A stretch of DNA of 64,000 nt from Bacillota bacterium (GTDB lineage Bacteria > Bacillota > Clostridia > TANB77 > CAG-508). Both the position numbers and the translations under genes were made by a program. Positions 1 through 9,346 of the stretch are shown here, piece by piece (the first letter of the stretch is position 1; every line of letters begins with the position of its first letter). Under the pieces are notes generated by a model. The model ran no database searches. It was not told the origin of the DNA and saw only the letters and a list, made by a program, of their open reading frames with translations. The stretch is from contig CAWVEX010000023.1 in assembly GCA_963928415.1 (NCBI GenBank), forward strand, positions 10-64,009. The letters run 5' to 3'.

Positions 1-96
1 GTTCTTTTAGTAGTACTTAAACTACCGCAATTTTATTGGTTTCTCAAAAGATTCATTGTTTACTTTTCAATGTACTTTTTGTTCCTGACCGGAACG
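1..96 (-). other. 5' leader of a transcript leaving the window leftward (resembles an rRNA-operon leader)
   Basis: It lies just downstream of a consensus promoter on the minus strand. There is no ORF. The minus-strand RNA contains CATTGAAAAGTAAACAATG, which resembles the TTGAAAACTAAACAA motif of Firmicute rRNA leaders. A GTTCC/GGAAC hairpin sits at 81-95. The rRNA itself is outside the window. Confidence 0.35.
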
Positions 97-102
97 TTTT
101 TT

Positions 103-131
103 ATTATACTATATTGCCTTTTAAATGTCAA
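103..131 (-). promoter_or_regulatory. Sigma-A promoter P2: TTGACA, 17 nt, TATAAT
   Basis: Plus-strand tgtcaa at 126-131 and attata at 103-108 with a 17-nt spacer. An A/T-rich UP-like tract lies upstream. Confidence 0.6.
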
Positions 132-250
132 CATATTTTTGAAATATTTTTTAATTTTTTTAACAGTTTAAAGGGCAAAATAAAAAACTAGTTTTTGCTG
201 TAATTTGTTCTTATGTAGTATCTCTTAACTAATTTCCTTCGTACGAATAT

Positions 251-279
251 ATGATAACATGAATTTAATATTAAGTCAA
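251..279 (-). promoter_or_regulatory. Sigma-A promoter P1: TTGACT, 17 nt, TATCAT, in tandem with P2
   Basis: Plus-strand agtcaa at 274-279 and atgata at 251-256 with a 17-nt spacer. The flanks resemble those of P2 (121-165 versus 268-312). Confidence 0.45.
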
Positions 280-509
280 CACTTTTTTTGAATTTTTTTA
301 ATATTTTTTGTAAGAATTTAAAAATTTATTTTTATGCATACTTTACAATAATTTTTTTCCTAAAAAACTCTAAGTATATTTTGAATTTTTATGGAAATAA
401 TTATCTTAAAAGATAAATTTTGTTTATATATTTTTTACTGTATTATTTTTTAACTACACTTTGTGATAGTAATTCTTTATAAAATATAAACATTTTAAGG
501 AGGTTTTCT

Positions 510-1283
510 TTGATAAACAAGGTTGAAATTTGCGGTGTTAATACTGCTAAATTACCTGTACTATCAAATGAAGAAAAAAATGAACTATTAAATAAAATAA
601 AAAATGGAGATGAAAAGGCAAGGCAAGATTTTATTAATGGTAATTTAAAGTTAGTTTTAAGTGTTATAAAAAGATTTAGATTTAAAGCTGAAAATGCTGA
701 TGATCTTTTTCAAGTTGGTTGTGTTGGATTAATTAAAGCATTAGATAATTTTGATTTATCTCAAAATGTACAATTTTCTACTTATGCTGTTCCTATGATA
801 ATTGGTGAAATTAGAAGATATTTAAGAGATAATAATCCTATTAGAGTTAGTCGTTCTATGAGAGATTTAGCATATAGAGCTTTAATGATTAAAGAAAGTA
901 TTACTAAAAAAACACAGAAGGAACCAACTATTGAACAAATTGCTAAAGAATTAGGTGTTGATAAAGAAGAAATTGCTTTTAGTTTAGATGCTATTCAAGA
1001 TCCTGTTTCTCTTCAAGAATCTGTTTATGGAGATAATACCGATAACATATATATAATGGATCAAATAAGTGACAAAAAAAACACTGATGAAAAGTGGACT
1101 GAAAATATTGCACTTAGTGAAGCTATGAAACATCTTACAAAAAAAGAAAAAGTTATTATATCTAAAAGATTTTTTGAATGTAAAACTCAAATGGAAGTTG
1201 CTGATGAAATAGGAATATCTCAAGCTCAAGTTTCTAGATTAGAAAAAACAGCAATTAATCACATAAAAAGGTTTTACAAATAA
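510..1283 (+). CDS. sigG: Forespore RNA polymerase sigma factor SigG
   Basis: Near-collinear with remembered B. subtilis SigG: NKVEICGV..KLPVL, DDLFQVGC.GL, FSTYAVPMIIGEIRRYLRDNNPIRVSRS, GISQAQVSRLEK. TTG start 7 nt after AAGGAGG. Confidence 0.9.
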   Translation: MINKVEICGVNTAKLPVLSNEEKNELLNKIKNGDEKARQDFINGNLKLVLSVIKRFRFKAENADDLFQVGCVGLIKALDNFDLSQNVQFSTYAVPMIIGEIRRYLRDNNPIRVSRSMRDLAYRALMIKESITKKTQKEPTIEQIAKELGVDKEEIAFSLDAIQDPVSLQESVYGDNTDNIYIMDQISDKKNTDEKWTENIALSEAMKHLTKKEKVIISKRFFECKTQMEVADEIGISQAQVSRLEKTAINHIKRFYK

Positions 1284-1433
1284 TTTTTAATATATTAATT
1301 CTTTTGGTTTTATTAATAACTAATAATATTTTTACTTCATAATTTCTTCATATAACTAATATAATTATATAGTAAAAAATTTAACTTATATTTTTTCTTT
1401 GTTATATTAATATATGAAAGGTATGGTGATTTT

Positions 1434-1668
1434 ATGGGGCAAAAAGGAATGGATTTTAGGCATAAAGAAGTTATAAATATTAGGGATGGTAAAAAGCTTG
1501 GTTATGTTCAAGATGTTTGCGCAGATTTGCAATCCGGAAGTATTACCTCAATTATAGTTCCACGGAACAAGCAAACCTTTTAGTATGTTTGCAGGAAACA
1601 ATGAAATTGTAATAGAATGGAATAAAATAAAATGTATCGGTGAAAATGTAATTTTAGTTGAAATTTGA
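1434..1668 (+). pseudogene. YlmC/YmxH-family PRC-barrel sporulation protein, split by a +1 frameshift near 1561-1566
   Basis: Frame 1 reads MGQKGMDFRHKEVINIRDGKKLGYVQDVCADLQSGSITSIIVPRNKQTF and stops at 1581-1583. The +1 frame continues GTSKPFSMFAGNNEIVIEWNKIKCIGENVILVEI and stops at 1666-1668. Joined, they resemble YlmC (V.N...GKKLG...D, I.W..I.KIGEDVILV). Confidence 0.6.
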
Positions 1669-1699
1669 TTTTACGTTGGGGACAGTCCCCAACGTAAAA
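1669..1699. terminator. Perfect 14-bp hairpin between the convergent ylmC and sigE genes (bidirectional terminator, GGGGAC-core palindrome)
   Basis: ttttacgttgggga, loop cag, tccccaacgtaaaa. The A/T runs within the two stem arms would serve as the U-tract on either strand. It abuts the sigE stop codon at 1700-1702. Confidence 0.7.
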
Positions 1700-2416
1700 T
1701 TATCCTGTTTTGCTCAATATTTCTTTTTTCATTTTATTTATTATTTTTTTTTCTAGTCTAGATATATAACTTTGAGATATTCCAAGCATATCAGCTACTT
1801 CTTTTTGTGTTTTTTCTGTCCCTGTTTTAAATCCAAATCTTAATTCCATTATATTTTTTTCTCTACTATTTAATTTAGATATAGAAACTTTAAGTAGTTT
1901 TTTATCAACTTCATCTTCTATACCTCTTGAAGTTATATCATCATCAGTTCCTAATATATCTGAAAGAAGTAATTCATTTCCATCTCCATCTTGATTTAAT
2001 GGTTCATCTATAGAAATTTCACTTTTAAGTCTATTACTTCTTCTTAGATGCATAAGTATTTCATTCTCAATACATCTTGATGAATATGTTGCAAGTTTTA
2101 TATTTTTATCACTATTAAAAGTATTAACTGCTTTCATTAATCCTATTGTTCCAATAGAAATTAAATCTTCAAGACCAACTCCTGTGTTTTCAAATTTTTT
2201 AGCTATGTATACAACAAGTCTTAAATTATGTTCTACTAATTTCTTTTTAGCATCACTATCTCCATTAGATAATTTTTCTATTTCTACTGCTTCTTCTTTT
2301 GCATCTAATGGAGCTGGCAGGTTATCATTTCCACCTATATAAAATATGTTTTCAAAATCTTCATCTTTTTGAATGTACTTTTCGTACATTTTGCTTAATA
2401 TTTCTAAAATTTTCAT
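1700..2416 (-). CDS. sigE: Pro-sigma-E, mother-cell sporulation sigma factor
   Basis: A pro-sequence is followed by [18 protein letters not shown] (compare YYIGGSEALPPPL). Also [15 protein letters not shown] and [13 protein letters not shown]. It lies directly downstream of spoIIGA. Confidence 0.9.
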   Translation of the reverse strand: MKILEILSKMYEKYIQKDEDFENIFYIGGNDNLPAPLDAKEEAVEIEKLSNGDSDAKKKLVEHNLRLVVYIAKKFENTGVGLEDLISIGTIGLMKAVNTFNSDKNIKLATYSSRCIENEILMHLRRSNRLKSEISIDEPLNQDGDGNELLLSDILGTDDDITSRGIEDEVDKKLLKVSISKLNSREKNIMELRFGFKTGTEKTQKEVADMLGISQSYISRLEKKIINKMKKEILSKTG

Positions 2417-3278
2417 CTTGGCTTTCTCCTTCTAATAATTCCAAACCTATTAGCGCATGATAGTCTTTACTTATTTTTTTATCATACATTCCAATTATGA
2501 CATTATAAATATATTCCTCTTTATCTTCATACTCTATTTTTACAAAGTCTGGTTTTACTCCTATTAACATTCCATTTTGTTTTCCAATTGAATTGAATGG
2601 AATTATTTTTAATTTTAATTTTTCTATGTTTTCTTCATCACCTCCTATAATTTTTTCTAAATCTATATTGCATAAATTTTTTACCTTCCCTTTTTCTACA
2701 ATTATTACAGGCTTATTAGTTATTGGATCTTTTAAAGTATTTCCTGAATCTAAATATGCTTTTACTTCAGTTTTTTGTCTATTTATACATATTTCTAAAT
2801 TACATATCATATCTTTTTTCTTTAATTGCCTTTTATTTATTTGAAATGCTATTTGTATTACGAAAAATCCAAGAAGTCCAGCTATTATTGTCATTTTCAT
2901 TGGATATGTTCCAACTAATACTCCGTCTTTAAATACTATACTTTTAGGGCTTATCATATAAAGTAATGCTAATGCGCATCCTCCCATTACAAATGATGTT
3001 AGATAAAAAAGCAATATAGTTTTCAACATTTTTCTTACATTTTGTGGATTAAATGCTATATATATCATTATTATCGATAATAATATTTTCATAAATAAAT
3101 TTGAATATATTGGAATTATATTTAAATATGAAATAATCGCATATGCTCCTCCAAATATACTTGATAAAATAAGTCTTAACTGTTTTATTTGGATTTTTTG
3201 TATAAATCCTGTTGCAAATAATATAATGTAATTCATAAGTAAGTTTTCTATGAAAACTATATCTAAGTAAATTGTCAT
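2361..3278 (-). CDS. spoIIGA: Sigma-E processing aspartic peptidase SpoIIGA
   Basis: Multi-pass membrane N-terminal half, a DSGN motif ([22 protein letters not shown]), and its position upstream of sigE. The 3' end overlaps the annotated sigE start by 56 nt. Confidence 0.85.
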   Translation of the reverse strand: MTIYLDIVFIENLLMNYIILFATGFIQKIQIKQLRLILSSIFGGAYAIISYLNIIPIYSNLFMKILLSIIMIYIAFNPQNVRKMLKTILLFYLTSFVMGGCALALLYMISPKSIVFKDGVLVGTYPMKMTIIAGLLGFFVIQIAFQINKRQLKKKDMICNLEICINRQKTEVKAYLDSGNTLKDPITNKPVIIVEKGKVKNLCNIDLEKIIGGDEENIEKLKLKIIPFNSIGKQNGMLIGVKPDFVKIEYEDKEEYIYNVIIGMYDKKISKDYHALIGLELLEGESQDENFRNIKQNVRKVHSKR

Positions 3279-3428
3279 TTAAGTTTCCTTTTCTAATTAT
3301 TATTCCTAGTTTAAATTTCTCTTGTATATTTTTATTTTGTCCTTATAGTATGTTATTTATTTTGTTATTGTTATTTTAGAATTAATTAACTAAAAAAGCT
3401 GTCATATTTATGGACAAAAAAATAAAAA

Positions 3429-3450
3429 ATGAGCGACTTTTTTCGCTCAT
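3429..3450 (-). terminator. Rho-independent terminator hairpin, third of three after ftsZ
   Basis: atgagcga / tcgctcat 8-bp stem with A and T runs on both sides. Confidence 0.6.
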
Positions 3451-3465
3451 TTTTTCAAAAACAAA

Positions 3466-3494
3466 AACCCAAAAGGGACGTTCCTTTTTGGGTT
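3466..3494. repeat. 29-nt GC-rich palindromic element, copy 1
   Basis: aacccaaaagggacgttcctttttgggtt. It folds as a hairpin and is followed by a T-run on the minus strand. Confidence 0.8.
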
Positions 3495-3545
3495 AAAATC
3501 AGAAAAGAAACATTACCTTTGTTCTTTTGTGATATATACAGTAAA

Positions 3546-3574
3546 AACCCAAAAAGGAACGTCCCTTTTGGGTT
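3546..3574. repeat. 29-nt palindromic element, copy 2, the exact reverse complement of copy 1
   Basis: aacccaaaaaggaacgtcccttttgggtt equals the reverse complement of 3466-3494. It starts 6 nt past the ftsZ stop. Confidence 0.8.
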
Positions 3575-3579
3575 TTATT

Positions 3580-4686
3580 TTATTTTCCTAAATTTTTATT
3601 CTTTTTTAAGAATGGTGGTATGTCTAAGTAATCTGTTCCACTATCACTATTTGGAACTGGTGTTGATGATTTTGTTGGCCATGCTGATTTTCCTATTGTT
3701 GTTTCTTTTGCACCTGGTTCTTTATCAAATCCTGTTGCAATAACAGTAATTACTATATCTTCATCTAGGCTCTTATCTATTACTGCACCAAAGATAATAT
3801 TAGCTTCTGGATCAACACTTCTTTGTACAAGTTCAGCTGCTGTATTTACTTCATGTAATCCTAAGTTTTCACCACCAGTTACATTTATAATAACACCTCT
3901 TGCACCTTCTATAGTTGTTTCTAGAAGTGGGCTTTGGATAGCTTGTTTTGCTGCATCTTCTGCTCTATTTTCTCCAGATGCTCTACCAATACCCATGTGA
4001 GCCATACCTGTATTAAGCATTATAGTTTTAACATCTGCAAAGTCTAGGTTTACTAAACCTGGTACTTTTATTAAGTCAGATATACCTTGAACACCTTGTC
4101 TTAATACATCATCTGCCATTTTGAAAGCTTCTACTATTGATGTTTTTCTATCTATTATTTGTAATAATTTATCATTTGGTATTACTACTAATGTATCTAC
4201 TTTTCCTTTAAGACTTTCTATTCCTCTTTCAGCTTGTGTAAGTCTTTTCTTTCCTTCAAATGTAAATGGTTTTGTTACTACTGCAATTGTAAGTATTCCC
4301 ATTTCTTTTGCAATACCTGCTACTATTGGAGCTGCACCAGTACCAGTTCCACCTCCCATACCAGCTGTTACAAATACCATATCTGCGCCTTTTATAGCTT
4401 CAGATATTTCTGATTTGCTTTCTTCTGCTGCTTGTGCACCAATATCTGGGTTAGCACCTGCACCTAATCCTCTAGTTATTTTTTCTCCTATTTGAATTTT
4501 TGTTCCAGCTTTAGATAAAAGTAATGCTTGTCTATCTGTGTTTACAGAAACAAATTCAACGCCTTCTATTCCTGAATCAACCATTCTGTTAACAGCATTA
4601 TTACCTGCTCCTCCAACACCTATAACTTTTATTATAGCTGTATCTTCTGTTCCGTAATTTTCATCATAGTTATTATCCATCAACAT
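3580..4686 (-). CDS. ftsZ: Cell division GTPase FtsZ
   Basis: [17 protein letters not shown], the [10 protein letters not shown] tubulin signature, and NLDFADV. Confidence 0.97.
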   Translation of the reverse strand: MLMDNNYDENYGTEDTAIIKVIGVGGAGNNAVNRMVDSGIEGVEFVSVNTDRQALLLSKAGTKIQIGEKITRGLGAGANPDIGAQAAEESKSEISEAIKGADMVFVTAGMGGGTGTGAAPIVAGIAKEMGILTIAVVTKPFTFEGKKRLTQAERGIESLKGKVDTLVVIPNDKLLQIIDRKTSIVEAFKMADDVLRQGVQGISDLIKVPGLVNLDFADVKTIMLNTGMAHMGIGRASGENRAEDAAKQAIQSPLLETTIEGARGVIINVTGGENLGLHEVNTAAELVQRSVDPEANIIFGAVIDKSLDEDIVITVIATGFDKEPGAKETTIGKSAWPTKSSTPVPNSDSGTDYLDIPPFLKKNKNLGK

Positions 4687-4749
4687 AAAGCTTTCCTCCT
4701 AATATATTTATAAATTGTTTAATTGCTTAACTTTGCATTTATTTATATT

Positions 4750-5976
4750 TTACGAATAAAAGAATTCTTTTACTTTTTCAATTAAATTTTTTAAGAACCC
4801 TTTATCTGAATTTATATCTAAACTGCTTGATACATTTTTTGCAAATGGTCTAGATGCAATATATCTAACTAAAGCATAAGCTGTTGCATAATTTGGCTTT
4901 ATTAGACTTGCAATTTTGTTGTTTGCCATTTTTACAGGGATGTTTAATGTTATTTTTCCAACAATATCGCTTTTACTAATATTTGTTATACCTTGTCCAG
5001 TTATTACAACAGTATTTATATTTTGTTTAATTCCTTGATTTGAAATATCTGCATTTACTATTTCAAACATTTGCTCAACTCTTGCCTCTATTATTTCAAC
5101 AATTTCTGAGCTCTTTACAATTTTATTATTTTCATCTTTTGCTGTATTTAAAACTACATCTGTATCATTATCTATGTATGATTTAAGTGCTAAGCCATAT
5201 TGTCTTTTTAATCTTTCCGCTTCATCAAGTGATATTCCTAGAACTACCGCAATATCGTTAGTAATATTATTACCTCCAACTGGAATTGAATTAGTGTATA
5301 CATATCTATCTCCATCGAATACACCTATATTCATTGTTTCAGCACCAATATCTAGTAACATCACATAGTCTTTTTGTTCCATTGCATCTAGAATAAGATT
5401 CTTTTCTGCTAATGTTATTGGTACCATTCCATCTATATCTACATCTACTTTTTTAAATATATTAGTAATGGCTCTCATGTAATCTTTATCAGCTAGAATT
5501 ATTTGTGCATTTAGTGTAAATTTACCACTAAATGTCCCTATTGGGTCATCGACTTTTCTTCCATCTTCTAATACAAATTCATTTATTACTATATCTATTA
5601 TTTGTTTTCCTTCAGGTATATCTATATCTTTTGCTTGCATTAAGCTACTAGATACATCTCTTGCTGATATTCCCGAATATTTATCTTTAGCCTCTTTTGT
5701 AACACTGTTTTGTACAATGGTAACATATTTTCCTGGTATTGTTATATATGCTGAATTTATCTTCATATTCATCTCTTTTTCAGCTTCTTTTATTACATAT
5801 GAAATAGATTCGCTTAATGATTGTTCATCAACTATCTTGCCCTTTTGTATGCCATTGCTTTTTTTGCTGGTGTTACATATTACTTCAATCTGATTAAAGT
5901 TATTGACTTCACCTACTACTAAGCTAATCTTAGATGCACCGATGTCAATACTCACTATTATGTCACCTATAGCCAA
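4750..5976 (-). CDS. ftsA: Cell division protein FtsA (actin-like ATPase)
   Basis: N-terminal IVSIDIGASKISLVVGEV phosphate-1 motif, about 400 aa, directly upstream of ftsZ. Confidence 0.85.
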   Translation of the reverse strand: MAIGDIIVSIDIGASKISLVVGEVNNFNQIEVICNTSKKSNGIQKGKIVDEQSLSESISYVIKEAEKEMNMKINSAYITIPGKYVTIVQNSVTKEAKDKYSGISARDVSSSLMQAKDIDIPEGKQIIDIVINEFVLEDGRKVDDPIGTFSGKFTLNAQIILADKDYMRAITNIFKKVDVDIDGMVPITLAEKNLILDAMEQKDYVMLLDIGAETMNIGVFDGDRYVYTNSIPVGGNNITNDIAVVLGISLDEAERLKRQYGLALKSYIDNDTDVVLNTAKDENNKIVKSSEIVEIIEARVEQMFEIVNADISNQGIKQNINTVVITGQGITNISKSDIVGKITLNIPVKMANNKIASLIKPNYATAYALVRYIASRPFAKNVSSSLDINSDKGFLKNLIEKVKEFFYS

Positions 5977-6182
5977 AGCAAATACCTCCAGTCTGCCTTA
6001 ATTTTTTCTAGTAAGCATATTATTATATTTTTCGAAAAAAGTCAATAGAATTAGACATATTTTTGTAATAATTTTGTAACCTGTTTGTAATAAATTGTCT
6101 AATTAATTTTTTTGCGTAAAACTTAATTATTTATGCTTATATTTTTATACCCAATTAATTCTCTTTGCTATATTTATACTTT

Positions 6183-6623
6183 TTAATTTTCTTTGTTTTG
6201 CTTTAAGTTTTTTCTTTTTTCTGAAAATTTTGATAAATAATATCTACGTATAATTCCTAAATTATTAAACATCCTTCCTACAAATACTATTATAGCAGCT
6301 AAATAAATATCTACATTTAATTTTTCTCCTAAATAAGTAAGAAGCATTGCTAATATTGCATTTACGAAAAAACCTGAGATAAATACTTTCATATCAAAAT
6401 TCTTTTTTATATTAGATGCTATTCCTCCAAACACTGAGTCAAGTGCTGCTACTATTGCTATTGCTAAATATTGTGATACAGTATAAGGTATTGTTGGAGT
6501 TAAAAATCCTATAATTACGCCTAATATGCATCCTACAATTATTGCTATTATCATCATAATATTTTTTCCTTTTATATGTTTATTTCTAAACATACCCTTT
6601 CTTTTATTTTTTCTTTTATTCAA
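6183..6623 (-). CDS. sbp: Small basic membrane protein Sbp (DUF1290)
   Basis: YLAIAIVAALDSVFGGI...FISGFFVNAILA...IRRYYL resembles remembered B. subtilis Sbp. It holds the conserved position between the DUF881 genes and ftsA. Confidence 0.75.
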   Translation of the reverse strand: MNKRKNKRKGMFRNKHIKGKNIMMIIAIIVGCILGVIIGFLTPTIPYTVSQYLAIAIVAALDSVFGGIASNIKKNFDMKVFISGFFVNAILAMLLTYLGEKLNVDIYLAAIIVFVGRMFNNLGIIRRYYLSKFSEKRKNLKQNKEN

Positions 6624-7413
6624 CTTCTTTTAAGTATTTATTATCTAATTCTCCATTATAAGCTTTAATTTCAATATTGTTGTTTTGCTCAACTTCTATT
6701 GCCATTCCATTTGCTTTCATTTGATCAATATATCCACTATTTTTTATACTAAGTGTACTCATTAAATATGTTGGATCACCTATTGCTTTTATAACATATG
6801 GTGATGTTAATCTTACATTTCCATAAAGAATAATTAGTCCATCATTTAATGTTACAATATCTGCTAAATTTATTATTCTATTATCATTTATAGAAATAGC
6901 TTCTGCACCTGCATATTTTAGTTCATTTAGCAAAAGTATTAAATCATCAGCTATATATGTATAAAGAGCTTCATCTGTATCCGTTAGTGTTACAATTACT
7001 CCTTTTCCTTTTACATTAGTAAGCCCAAGTAGAGTTTTTGCTTGATTTACTTCACTATCTAAAAGTTCTGTTGTCTCTTTATTTTCATTTATTGCAGTTT
7101 CATATTCATTTATTGTATTTTGATTTGCATTATATTGTTCCATTGTTTCTTCATATTTAGATTTATAACTTGCTATTTGTGTTCTTAATTCATCATCTCT
7201 TAAACCTTCTAAATCTAATTGTTTAGACTCATCAACTGTTCTAACTTGTAAAAATATTGATGCTATAAGAACCAAGGTAATAATTCCAGAAACTATGGAT
7301 AAAACTAAAGTTGCTCTATTTATAGGCTTTTTTTCTTTCTTTATTTTCTGCTTTTTAGAGTTTTCTTCTTCTTTTCTTTTAATATCATTTTTTTGATTTT
7401 TCTCTTCTTCCAT
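6616..7413 (-). CDS. DUF881 (YlxW/YlxX-like) division-cluster membrane protein
   Basis: One TM segment, a coiled coil, then LNELKYAGAEAISINDNRI. It is a paralogue of the next gene and has a K/E-rich N-terminal tail. Confidence 0.7.
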   Translation of the reverse strand: MEEEKNQKNDIKRKEEENSKKQKIKKEKKPINRATLVLSIVSGIITLVLIASIFLQVRTVDESKQLDLEGLRDDELRTQIASYKSKYEETMEQYNANQNTINEYETAINENKETTELLDSEVNQAKTLLGLTNVKGKGVIVTLTDTDEALYTYIADDLILLLNELKYAGAEAISINDNRIINLADIVTLNDGLIILYGNVRLTSPYVIKAIGDPTYLMSTLSIKNSGYIDQMKANGMAIEVEQNNNIEIKAYNGELDNKYLKEVE

Positions 7414-7453
7414 ATTTTCTATCGCAAATTTAATTTATGCGAATTCCTCCTTT

Positions 7454-8167
7454 CTACTCATCATCTTTTGCATATTTAAAGCTTAATGCTCCTGTATATT
7501 TTGATATTTGTATATTATTAGATTTTTTTGTTTCGACTTGTATAGATCTTGCTTTTAAACCATAAGTATATCCACCAGCTCTTGTGATTGCTCCATACAA
7601 GCTTTCCTGATTTCCAATTGCTTTTATAATAAAAGGTGAACCAACCTTGTTTCCATTTATTAAAATTACATTACCTGCACAAGTTATTGCTGTTGTGCTA
7701 ACTATTCTTTCATCATTTATTGATATAGCTTCTGCTCCTGCATTTGATAATTCATTTACTAAGCTTCTTAAATCTGAGTCGTGTACTATTAAATTATTCA
7801 TATCTATTGCATTAGTTGTTTGCATACTATCAGTTACAGTTAAAGTTATTCCTTCACCAGTAACATCTGTAAGTCCTAATATTTGATTATATGTTTTTAA
7901 TTCATTTTGCTTTTCTTCAGAGCTATTACCATTTGCAGTTGATGTTTTTCTTAATTCTTCTAGCTTTTCTACTGATTTTTCTAAGTCCGCTTCTGCATTA
8001 TCTGACTTTTCTTTCCATTCTAGCAAACTATCTTTTAATTCGCTATTAGCAAATGCTTGCGATACTGCTGAATTTTCACCTTGCATAGTTCTTATCTGTA
8101 TTGTAAGAGCAGTAGCTAAAACTATACAAACTAGTCCTATAGCTATATATGCATTTTTATTTTTCAT
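7454..8167 (-). CDS. DUF881 (YlxW/YlxX-like) division-cluster membrane protein
   Basis: VNELSNAGAEAISINDERIV and GSPFIIKAIGN motifs, with synteny next to divIB. Confidence 0.7.
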   Translation of the reverse strand: MKNKNAYIAIGLVCIVLATALTIQIRTMQGENSAVSQAFANSELKDSLLEWKEKSDNAEADLEKSVEKLEELRKTSTANGNSSEEKQNELKTYNQILGLTDVTGEGITLTVTDSMQTTNAIDMNNLIVHDSDLRSLVNELSNAGAEAISINDERIVSTTAITCAGNVILINGNKVGSPFIIKAIGNQESLYGAITRAGGYTYGLKARSIQVETKKSNNIQISKYTGALSFKYAKDDE

Positions 8168-8218
8168 TGTTTTGCTCCTTTCATCATTTTATTTAACTAA
8201 ATTAAGATTTTTCATATT

Positions 8219-9346
8219 TTAAACTTTCTGTCTAAAAAATGGATATTTTTCATTTAAATTCATATTTACAAAAATCTCTCCTGCATTGCCTTTTTCTTTA
8301 TCTAGTATTGCTTTTACATATAACATTCTTGTCTCTATATTTGAGCAATCTCCTAAATAGACTGTTTTTTGTTCTGAATCTAAATATAATGTATAGTTAT
8401 TAGCATCTTCTATATTAATTGTTGTTATTAAATTATCTATTTCATTAGTTTTAGCAGATGCTGTTATTCTAAGTACTGTATTTAATTTTTCTAAGTCATT
8501 TTCACATAATCTTTTTCCAGGAACTATCTCACTTTGATTAGTTTCATATCCTGTTATTTTTGATAGTCCATCTTTTGTATTTGCAGATATTTCTAATATG
8601 TAACCTTGATTATCTATATATGCATATGAACTTCCGTACTCTAACATATATGTTGCCACTCTTTCTGTTATAACAAATGTTATTGTGTCTGGCAGAGTTC
8701 TTTTTATTTCTACTGACTTTACATATGGATTTTCTTTTATTGCTGAAATTGTATCTTTATTAGATACTTTAAATAAATTCATATCTTTTTTTACTTTAGA
8801 TAAGCTTATTATTTGTTCTGCAGAAATACCATTGTTACCTTGAACTTGTATATTTTTTATATTAAATACTGGTGAAAGCATTAAATATATAATAATTCCT
8901 GCAATTACAGCTAAAAGTATAAAAAACTTTATTACATTTTTTATTCTTCTATTTCTTTTTATTTGTTCTTCTGTAAGTCTTGCTTTTTTTGTCTGCTTAG
9001 CTCTTTTTCTTCTAAGCTTGTCCTGTCTCTTTTGTTCTTTTAATAGTTCTTTTTCTTTTGTTCTTTTTTCTTTTAATTTTTCTTTTTTTATCTTTGCTAA
9101 TTTTTTCTTATCTATATGTTTTACATCATTTTCTCCAATAAAATGATCTTCTTCAAATTCTGCTTTTTTTATTGGCTTTTTTCTTTTTTGAGCAGTTTTG
9201 GTTACTTTTTTTCTTGGTACTTCACTATACACTTGCTCATCAAAATTAAAAATGCCATCTTTCTTTACATTTTTCTTATCATTTATCTTTTTGTTCTTTT
9301 TTATTTTTTTAGCCACCTTTTTATTTGGCACTTTAGTTTTTGGCAT
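8219..9346 (-). CDS. divIB: Cell division protein DivIB/FtsQ with a long, highly basic N-terminal extension
   Basis: One TM segment followed by a POTRA-like FNIKNIQVQGNNGISAEQI. Roughly the first 140 aa are K/R-rich low complexity. Confidence 0.7.
   Translation of the reverse strand: MPKTKVPNKKVAKKIKKNKKINDKKNVKKDGIFNFDEQVYSEVPRKKVTKTAQKRKKPIKKAEFEEDHFIGENDVKHIDKKKLAKIKKEKLKEKRTKEKELLKEQKRQDKLRRKRAKQTKKARLTEEQIKRNRRIKNVIKFFILLAVIAGIIIYLMLSPVFNIKNIQVQGNNGISAEQIISLSKVKKDMNLFKVSNKDTISAIKENPYVKSVEIKRTLPDTITFVITERVATYMLEYGSSYAYIDNQGYILEISANTKDGLSKITGYETNQSEIVPGKRLCENDLEKLNTVLRITASAKTNEIDNLITTINIEDANNYTLYLDSEQKTVYLGDCSNIETRMLYVKAILDKEKGNAGEIFVNMNLNEKYPFFRQKV

Noticed and set aside
2361-2416. The 56-nt overlap between the spoIIGA 3' end and the sigE start, considered as a possible frameshift or mis-called start.
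   Set aside because: Both ORFs are full length and have the expected termini. The sigE pro-sequence length before FYIGG matches Bacillus. The overlap is unusual but I see no evidence of a defect.
3429-3743. Track ORFs at 3429-3743 and 53144-53335, which share KRDVP-like peptides.
   Set aside because: The shared peptide is just the translation of the GC-rich palindromic repeat. The remainder is antisense to ftsZ or murG and is F/L-rich low complexity. Neither ORF has an SD.
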